64,000 nt of DNA from an uncultured Actinomycetes bacterium (lineage in GTDB: Bacteria; Actinomycetota; Acidimicrobiia; IMCC26256; DASPTH01). This document shows, one piece after another, positions 9,198-16,800 of the stretch. Below the pieces are notes generated by a model. The model had not been told where the DNA came from. It made no database searches and saw only the letters and a program-made list of their open reading frames with translations. A program made the translations under genes and the position numbers. The stretch lies in NCBI GenBank assembly GCA_963809795.1, contig CAWELN010000005.1:23772-87771 (forward strand), in the 5' to 3' direction. How positions within the stretch are numbered: position 1 is the first letter of the stretch; every line of letters starts with the position of its first letter.

Positions 9198-10232
9198 TCA
9201 TCGGCGTCGGTGGGCGCTCCGCGTCGGGCAGATCGCCACCGCGTACGGAACCTTGCCGACGGTGATGGGGGCCGACACCGCACCCGTCGCGGTGGTGATC
9301 ACCGACACTGTGCCGTCCACAGAGTTGGTCACGTAGGCGTGCTTGCCGTCAGGGGTGAACGCCACCGCGTCTGGACCCCCGCCGACGGTGACGGGCGACA
9401 CCGCACCCGTCGCCGTCGTGATCACTGACACCGTGTTACCCGCGCCGTTATTCCCCTCGTTGGTCACGTAGGCGTGCTTGCCGTCAGGGGTGATCGCCAC
9501 CGAGACCGGAAACGCGCCGACGGTGATGGGGGTCGACACCGCGCCCGTCGCCGTCGTGATCACCGACACCGTGCCGTCGCCGCCGTTGATCACGTAGGCG
9601 TGCTTGCCGTCAGGGGTGATCGCCACCCCAACCGGAAACTTGCCGACGGTGATGGGGGTCGACACCGCGCCCGTCGCCGTCGTGATCACCGACACCGTAC
9701 CGTCACGGAAGTTGGGCACGTAGGCGTGCTTGCCGTCAGGGGTGATCGCCACCTGCGGCGGACCCCCGCTGACGGTGATGGGGGCCGACACCGCACCCGT
9801 CGCGGTGGTGATCACCGACACCGTACTGTCGTCACGGTTGATCACGTAGGCGTGCTTGCCGTCAGGGGTGATCGCCACCGTGGTCGGACCCTTGCCGACG
9901 GTGATGGGCGCCGACACCGCACCCGTCGCCGTCGTGATCACCGACACCGTGCCGCCGAAGACGTTGGTCACGTAGGCGTGCTTGCCGTCAGGGGTGATCG
10001 CCACCCCACCCGCACCCGGACCCCCGCCGACGGTGATGGGCGACACGGCACCCGTCGTCGTGGTGATCACCGACACCGTGCCGTCCAGGTAGTTGGTCAC
10101 GTAGGCGGTGCCCGGACACCCTCCGGCCGCAGCCGCAGCGGACGCAGCCGATGTCGCGACCACAATCCCCGCCCCCGACAACGCGACCACGACAACGGCA
10201 ACGAGCTTCCGGCACCCAGCGACGCCGTGCAT
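9198..10232 (-). CDS. Secreted 7-bladed YVTN-family beta-propeller protein (paralog 1)
   Basis: The ATG at 10232 follows GGGAGGG. Signal peptide KLVAVVVVALSGAGIVVATSAASA. Seven repeats of AYVxN....TVSVITTATGAVS.PITVG..P..VAITPDGKH. Confidence 0.9.
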   Translation of the reverse strand: MHGVAGCRKLVAVVVVALSGAGIVVATSAASAAAAAGGCPGTAYVTNYLDGTVSVITTTTGAVSPITVGGGPGAGGVAITPDGKHAYVTNVFGGTVSVITTATGAVSAPITVGKGPTTVAITPDGKHAYVINRDDSTVSVITTATGAVSAPITVSGGPPQVAITPDGKHAYVPNFRDGTVSVITTATGAVSTPITVGKFPVGVAITPDGKHAYVINGGDGTVSVITTATGAVSTPITVGAFPVSVAITPDGKHAYVTNEGNNGAGNTVSVITTATGAVSPVTVGGGPDAVAFTPDGKHAYVTNSVDGTVSVITTATGAVSAPITVGKVPYAVAICPTRSAHRRR

Positions 10233-10450
10233 TGGCCCTCCCGCGTGTTCGAACGGAAGAGGCGGAGGGCTCAAACTCGAGCAGGGTCTAGACCAGGCTC
10301 AAACTCGGCGTCGCTCCCGAAAGGTGAACAAGGTGACCGTACACCCGATGCCCAGCGAAGGAAGGAGTGCCGTCACGTAACGGGCGGCAATGCTCGTGCA
10401 TTCAGTCCCGTCACCCGACGAGCGCATGGTGCCCGTTCTCGTGCGGCGGT

Positions 10451-10545
10451 GCACGCAGATCTGCCGATCGGGCGTGTCGGCGGCGTCGGCGCGACTCACC
10501 GCGTGCTCTAGCGCGCAACTGCACCCGAGCGGGCAATCTGGCGCG
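10451..10545. repeat. Family-3 palindromic element (long-loop copy)
   Basis: GCACGCAGATCTGCCGATCGGG ... CGAGCGGGCAATCTGGCGC. Lies in the 440-nt gap between propeller paralogs 2 and 1. Confidence 0.5.
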
Positions 10546-10671
10546 ACCAGTGGCCAGGCCCTCAAACGCTACGAGCGAACCCGCAACGCCTGCACGAGAT
10601 CCTCTATCAGGCATTGTGCTACCTCAGCGCTTTACGCGCCTTCCGGTGGCTTTCGCGACGGGAGGAGGTCT

Positions 10672-11730
10672 CTACCGGCGATTGTGGGTGCCCCGCGCCG
10701 GGCAGATCGCCATGAAGATCGGACCGTTGCCGACAGTGATCGGGGGCGACACCGCACCCGTCGCGGTCGTGATGACCGACACCGTGCCGGCGCCGTTACT
10801 GACCACGTTGTTGGTGACGAAGTTGGCGACGGAGGAGTTGACCACGTAGACGTGTTTGCCGTCAGGTGTGCTCGCCACCCCATTGGGACGGCTGCCGACG
10901 GTGATGGGGGCTGCCACCGCACCCGTCGCGGTCGTGATCACCGATACCGTGCCATCGGCGTTGTTGGCCACATAGGCGTGCTTGCCGTCAGGAGTGATCG
11001 CCACCCCAATCGGAGCCTTGCCGACGGTGATGGGGGCTGCCACCGCACCCGTCGCGGTCGTGATCACCGACACCGTGCCATCGGCGTTGTTGACCACGTA
11101 GGCGTGCTTGCCGTCAGGGGTGATCGCCACCAGTTCGGGAGCGTTGCCGACGGTGATGGGGGCTGCCACCGCACCCGTCGCGGTCGTGATCACCGACACG
11201 GTGCCATCGGCGTTGTTGGCCACGTAGGCGTGCTTGCCGTCAGGGGTGATCGCTACGCCGCTGGGACCGTTGCCGACGGTGATGGGGGGTGACACCGCAC
11301 CCGTCGCGGTCGTGATCACCGACACCGTGTCAGCGAAGGCGTTGGTCACGTAGGCGTGCTTGCCGTCAGGGGTGATCGTCACCTCGTTGGGACCGTTGCC
11401 GACGGTGATGGGGGGTGACACCGCAGCCGTCGCGGTCGTGATCACCGACACTGTGCCGGCGATGATGTTGGCCACATAGGCGTGCGTGCCGTCAGGAGTG
11501 ATCGCCACTCCGACCGGACGGCTGGGCACGGTGATGGGGGGCGACACCGCACCCGTGGCGGTCGTAATTACCGACACCGTGCCATCGGCGTTGTTGTTCA
11601 CATAGGCCTTTCCTGCGCACCCCTCGACAGCCGCCGCGGGCGCAGCCGACGTTGTGACCAGCACCCCCGACCCCGACAACGCGATGACGATCACGGCTAC
11701 GACCTTCCGGCGCAAACGGACAGCGTTCAC
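10672..11730 (-). CDS. Secreted 7-bladed YVTN-family beta-propeller protein (paralog 2)
   Basis: The GTG at 11730 follows GGAGAGGGA. Signal peptide RRKVVAVIVIALSGSGVLVTTSAAPAAA. Seven YVTN blades; blade 7 carries the insertion SSVANFVTNNVVSNGAG. Confidence 0.9.
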   Translation of the reverse strand: MNAVRLRRKVVAVIVIALSGSGVLVTTSAAPAAAVEGCAGKAYVNNNADGTVSVITTATGAVSPPITVPSRPVGVAITPDGTHAYVANIIAGTVSVITTATAAVSPPITVGNGPNEVTITPDGKHAYVTNAFADTVSVITTATGAVSPPITVGNGPSGVAITPDGKHAYVANNADGTVSVITTATGAVAAPITVGNAPELVAITPDGKHAYVVNNADGTVSVITTATGAVAAPITVGKAPIGVAITPDGKHAYVANNADGTVSVITTATGAVAAPITVGSRPNGVASTPDGKHVYVVNSSVANFVTNNVVSNGAGTVSVITTATGAVSPPITVGNGPIFMAICPARGTHNRR

Positions 11731-11788
11731 AGGTCACTCCCTCTCCAAGTGCCCGCGGGCACGGCAAAATTTCAGCGCTTCGCGAACT

Positions 11789-12982
11789 TCACGCTGGGCA
11801 GATCGCCATGTTGATGGGACCTTTGCCGACAGTGATCGGGGGCGACACCGCACCCGTCGCGGTGGTGATGACCGACACCGTGCCGGCGCCATTGGCGGCG
11901 ACGTCGTTGGTGACGAAGTTGTTGACGGACGAGTTGGTCACGTAGACCTGCTTGCCGTCAGGCGTGATCGCCACGCCGATCGGACGGCTGCCGACGGTGA
12001 TGGGTGGCGACACCGCACCCGTCGCGGTCGTGATCACCGACACCGTGCCATCGGCGTTGTTGGTCACGTAGGCGTGCGTGCCGTCCGGAGTGATCGCCAC
12101 CTGCTCCGGACCGTTGCCGACGGTGACGGGGGCTGACACCGCACCCGTCGCGGTCGTGATCACCGACACCGTGCCGCCACCGTTGTTGGCCACGTAGACG
12201 TGCTTACCGTCCGGAGTGATCGCCACGCCGTGAGGAGCGTTACCGACGGTGATGGGCGCCGAGAGCGCGCCCGTCGCGGTCGTGATGACCGACACCGTGC
12301 TGCCACCATCGTTGGCCACGTAGACGTGCTTGCCGTCGGGAGTGACCGCTATCCCATCCGGACCGTTGCCGACAGTGATGGGGGGCGACACCGCACCTGT
12401 CGCGGTCGTGATCACCGACACCGTGCCATCGGCGTTGTTGGTCACGTAGACGTGCTTACCGTCGGGAGTGATCGCCACCCCGACCGGAGCCTTGCCGACG
12501 GTGATGGGGGCTGACACCACACCCGTCGCGGTCGTGATCACCGACACCGTGCCGTCGATGACGTTGGTCACGTAAGCGTGCGTGCCGTCGGGAGTGATCG
12601 CCACCCCGGTCGGACGGGCGCCGATGGTGATGGGGGCTGACACCGCACCGGTCGCGGTGGTGATCACTGAGACCGTGCCATCGGCGTTGTTGTTCACGTA
12701 CGCCTTTCCCGCGCACCCCCCGACAGCCGCGACCGGCGGGAGCGTGGGCGTCTGCACCGAGGACGGGTGGTTGCCACCGGAGAAGAGGAGTACCCCTCCT
12801 ATGACCAGCGCGACGACGAGACAGGCGGCAATCACGGCAATCACCGGCACACGACGCGCGACCCGCTGCGCCGTGGGCTCGGCTGTCGTCGTCAAGGACG
12901 TCGGCCGGACCTCGATCTGGCCAGCAGCGTCGCGCAGCGCGGTCCGCAACGCGGATTCGATGGATTGGTCCCTGCCGTTCAC
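11789..12982 (-). CDS. Membrane-anchored 7-bladed YVTN beta-propeller, putative anti-sigma/sensor partner of the upstream ECF sigma
   Basis: The GTG start overlaps the sigma stop (GTGA). About 45 cytoplasmic aa (IESALRTALRDAAGQ) precede one TM (VPVIAVIAACLVVALVIGGVLLF) and seven YVTN blades. No HxxxCxxC zinc anti-sigma motif. Confidence 0.85.
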   Translation of the reverse strand: MNGRDQSIESALRTALRDAAGQIEVRPTSLTTTAEPTAQRVARRVPVIAVIAACLVVALVIGGVLLFSGGNHPSSVQTPTLPPVAAVGGCAGKAYVNNNADGTVSVITTATGAVSAPITIGARPTGVAITPDGTHAYVTNVIDGTVSVITTATGVVSAPITVGKAPVGVAITPDGKHVYVTNNADGTVSVITTATGAVSPPITVGNGPDGIAVTPDGKHVYVANDGGSTVSVITTATGALSAPITVGNAPHGVAITPDGKHVYVANNGGGTVSVITTATGAVSAPVTVGNGPEQVAITPDGTHAYVTNNADGTVSVITTATGAVSPPITVGSRPIGVAITPDGKQVYVTNSSVNNFVTNDVAANGAGTVSVITTATGAVSPPITVGKGPINMAICPA

Positions 12983-13425
12983 TGCGGGATCGCCTTTCTC
13001 AGCGTCGCGAGTCCGCGATGCACAAGCGATCGCACCGTCGCGGGCCTACACCCCAGTGCCTGCGCGATCTCGGAGTCTGGGCGGTCCTCGTAGAAGCGCA
13101 AGACGAGCGCGGCCCGTTGGCGATAGGGCAGCTCCGAAAGGGCGTCCAAGACGACCGGCGTCTCTGGCACCACCGTGTCAGTGACCAGCTCGGGAAAATG
13201 CGATCGTTCACGACGGTTCCGCCGATGATGCGCACTGCACCCGTTCACGACCGTGACGCGCAGGTACGCAGATGGCTGCCGGACCCCGTCCCAATGACGA
13301 TGCAAACGAACGAACGCGTCCTGAACGACATCCTCCGCCACCGCACTGCTGCCGGTCAGCAGATAGGCGACGCGCACCAGCCGCTCGTGCTCTCCGGCAA
13401 ACACCGCACCCATCGACCGAGTCAC
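12979..13425 (-). CDS. ECF-type RNA polymerase sigma-70 family factor
   Basis: Region 2: HERLVRVAYLLTGSSAVAEDVVQDAFVRLHRHW. Region 4: LPYRQRAALVLRFYEDRPDSEIAQALGCRPATVRSLVHRGLATLRK. The start is uncertain (GTG 13425, ATG 13413 or GTG 13482); a GGAGGGGGAG run lies at about 13438-13447. Confidence 0.85.
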   Translation of the reverse strand: MTRSMGAVFAGEHERLVRVAYLLTGSSAVAEDVVQDAFVRLHRHWDGVRQPSAYLRVTVVNGCSAHHRRNRRERSHFPELVTDTVVPETPVVLDALSELPYRQRAALVLRFYEDRPDSEIAQALGCRPATVRSLVHRGLATLRKAIPQ

Positions 13426-13534
13426 ATCGTCTGGGATCTCCCCCTCCAATACCAGCCTCTCGCTACCTCGCGACAACCCCACACTGAGTAGATGCCGCAG
13501 ACGCCAACTCTGTTGCGCGTACACCCAAGAAACC

Positions 13535-13567
13535 AAAAAAACCCGGGCGTTCCCACAGGCCGCCCGG
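13535..13567 (-). terminator. Intrinsic terminator between the SARP-cyclase-STAND gene and the sigma operon
   Basis: The minus strand reads CCGGGCG-GCCTGTGGGAA-CGCCCGG-G-TTTTTTT. That is a 7-bp GC stem, an 11-nt loop and a 7-U tract. Confidence 0.65.
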
Positions 13568-13765
13568 ACCCCCGCGTTCTCACACGCCACCTCACCAGCC
13601 TGATCTTGGGCTCGCGACCACCGCGCTGACCCTCCCTGAAATCAGCCTCTCGTAGGCACTTCACACCTCGCCTGGTCCCGGCGCACGCGCTGTATCTGTG
13701 ACCAATGTGTGACCACAGGCGGGTCCAGGCCACGAGAACGACCGAAACGCTTGGTGGCGAAGGCG

Positions 13766-13832
13766 CACACGCATATCTGCCGCTCGGTACTCGCGCAACT
13801 CCAGCTGCGCAGCTGAGCGTTCGGAGCGCGCG
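13766..13832. repeat. Partial family-3 element abutting the stop of the SARP-cyclase-STAND gene
   Basis: CACACGCATATCTGCCGCTCGG core, plus GCGCGCAACT shared with the copy at 10451..10545. The second arm is weak. Confidence 0.35.
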
Positions 13833-16800
13833 TTATGGCGCGCCGAGGGCTCGGCCGGCTTCGGCGCGTAGGTAGGTGACGGCGTCGGCCATGTCGAGGG
13901 CGGCGCCCCGTGCGGCGAGCGTCGCGACCTGTTGTTCGCCGAGGACTTCGAGGAGGGCGACCTCGGTCGCCGCGAGCATTTCGAGGCTCCAATCGAATCC
14001 CCATCGTCCCGCCATCGCGTCGGATTTCCCGAAGAGGACGGCCGCCGGCTCGCAAGACCCGAGCGCGCACAACGCGACACCAGCCGTGTAGAGGGACCTA
14101 CTCGCAACGCCATGGTCACCGAGTTCGAGCGTCTGTTCGGCGGCGTCGACGGCCCCTTGGAGGGCTGTTGGCCAGTCACCATGTCGCATCGCGATCCTCG
14201 CTTTGTAATGGATCGCGTTCGAGACGCCGTTACGGTCACCGATGCGGGTACCGATCTCGATGGCTTCGTCGAGCAGCCCGAGCGCGCGTTCGGACTCCTC
14301 GTACGGGAGCCAAGTCGCGACGATTGTGAGGCCGATCGCGAGCGCCGCGTCGATGCCGGCGGCACGGGCGACGCGCACCGCTTCGTCAACGGCGGCGGTC
14401 GCGGCGTCGAGCGTCGGTTCAGTGATCTGGAGCGCGCCTCCGAGCATGATGAGTGCGTGTGCGAGTTCGCCAGGGTCCCCGGATGCCCGCGCGAGCTCGA
14501 CCCATTCCTCGGCGTGACGTCGTGCCTCCTCGAAGTCAGTGCGATAGAACGCGAGGGTCGCCTGAGCCCGCGCCACGTACCCAAGCCGTATACCGAGCGC
14601 GGCTTGGGCTCGTTCCGCGGCGGCGACGAGGTCTGCGGCCCGCTCGAGATCGCCGCCCATCGTTGCGCCCCACGCGGCCCAGGCGGCGACCACGGGAACG
14701 AGCGGGTGACCGTCGCCGCCGGGGATCGCGATCGCGGTCGTGGCCCAGTCCATCGCGAGTTCGCCGATCCTGCCGTGCACCGCCAGCGGGGCGACGAGGC
14801 GCAGCGCGTGCTCGGGTGAAGGTGTCTCGACTGCCCAATCGAGCGCCGCGCGGAAGTTGTCGATGTCGCGCGCGACGACGTTGGTCCACTCCAGGTGGTC
14901 TCGGCCCCGCAGGTGGAGACCGGCCGCTTCGGCCAGCGCGACGTAGTAGTCGGCGTGGCGACGTCGCACCACCGCCGGATCGCCACTCGCGTCGAGCCGC
15001 TCACGCGCGTACTGGCGGATCGTCTCCAGCAGCCGGTAACGCACCCCGCCGTCTGCGTCGTCGGTGACGACGAGGGACTTGTCCACCAGTTGACCCAACA
15101 CGTCGACCACATCCAGCGCGTCGAGGTCGTCGTCGGGCAGCACCGCTTCCGCGGCCCCAAGATCACAGCCACCCGCGAACACCGACAGGCGGTCGAACGC
15201 ATGACGCTCGGTCGGGGTGAGCAGGTCATAGGACCAGTCGATCGTGCTCCGCAACGTCTGGTGGCGTTCCGGTGCCGCGCGACTGCCGTGCGTGAGGAGC
15301 TTGAACCGTTGATCGAGGCGGGACACGAGATCCTCCGGTGACAACGACCGCACCCGCGCCGCCGCCAGCTCGATCGCGAGCGGGATCCCGTCCAGGCGTC
15401 GACACAACACGCCGACGGCACCGACGTTGCGGTCGGTGAGCGCGAAGTCGCGCTTCGCCGTGCTCGCCCGATCCCAAAACAGACACACCGCCTCCGCCCG
15501 CCTCACCTCGTCCACATCCGCATCACCGGCCGGGACACCCAGCGGCGGCACCGCGACGATCCGCTCGCCCGCCAACCCGAGGCCCTCCCGGCTTGTCGCG
15601 AGCACCGACACGTCTGGGCAACGATGCTCGATGGCATCGACCTGACGCGCGACCGCATCGAGGAGATGCTCGCAGTTGTCGAGCACCAGCAACAACCGCT
15701 TCGCGGCGAGATAGTCGAGTACCGACTCGTCGAGCGCCCGACCCGGCAGCGGCAGCACCCGCAGGCACGCCGCGACGGTCTCCCACACCGCCTCCGGATC
15801 GGTGACCGGCGCGAACTCGCACAACCACGCACCGTCGGGGAACTCGTCGATGATCTCCGCCGCAATCTGGAGTGCGAGACGGGTCTTGCCGACCCCGCCC
15901 ACCCCGGTCAAAGTCACCAGCGACGACCGACAGACCAGCTCCGACAGTGACGCGATCTCGGCCTCGCGTCCGACGAACGTCGTCGCCTGACGCGGCAGGT
16001 TGTTGCGTGCGAAGGCGTCCAAAGTGCGGAGCGGCGCGAACTCCCGCTCCAGATCGGGATGGGCTACTTGAAACAAGCGCTCCGTCCGCCCGAGATCACG
16101 CAGCCGGTGCTCTCCCAGGTCGATGAACCCGTACTTCTCGGGGAGGGCGTCGTGCAGCACCTCTTCCGTCGCGGCTGACACGACGATCTGGCCGCCGTGC
16201 GCCACCGACATCAGCCGCTCGGCGCGATTCACCGCGCCGCCGCTGTAGTCGCCGTCGCGGACCTCCGCCTCGCCGGTATGGATCCCCATCCGGACGCGCA
16301 CGGTCTGCGCGATGTTCCAGTCGTCCGCGAGCAGCGACCTTTGGGCGGCAACCGCAGCCGTGACCGCATCGTGGGCGGTCGCGAACACAGCGTGGAACCC
16401 ATCGCCCGCGTTCTTGACGATGAAGCCACCCTGTGACTTGACCGCATCGCGCAGCAGCTCGTCGTGACGCGGCATCGCATAGGTCATCACGTCGGGACTC
16501 TCGTCCCACAGGCGCGTCGAACCCTCCACCTCGGTGAAGAGGAACGACACGGTCCCCGACGGCAGATGTGCTGAGTCTGGGTCCTTCGTCGGCGATCCCG
16601 CCCACCCGACGTCGGGGTCCTGCCGCACGATGTCGTCGTTGAGCGCCTGCAGTCCGGGCGACGGGACCACACCGACCTCGTCGGTCAGGCGCCGACGAAA
16701 CTCGTCGTACGCGCGCAGTGACTCGACCGGCCTACCGGCGCGGGCGAGCGCGAGCATCAGCAGCGCTCGCAGTCGCTCGCGAAACGGCTCAACCGCGATC

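Noticed and set aside
9198-9245. C-terminal AICP + Arg-rich tail as an exosortase/sortase-type sorting signal
   Set aside because: The motif aligns with the canonical blade strand VAITPDG (T to C). No hydrophobic helix separates the motif from the basic residues, and paralog 3 ends right after AICPA. It is better explained as the closing strand of the propeller.
9198-12982. Loop hypervariability in the YVTN blades produced by a diversity-generating retroelement
   Set aside because: The window has no reverse transcriptase, no template/variable repeat pair, and no adenine-specific substitution pattern. The variation is between paralogous blades, not between a TR and a VR.
78-13832. Family-3 imperfect palindromes as integron attC sites or gene-cassette boundaries
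   Set aside because: The flanking genes are in mixed orientations and of ordinary size. I recognised no intI-like integrase or attI, and saw no R'/R'' (GTTRRRY) core sites.
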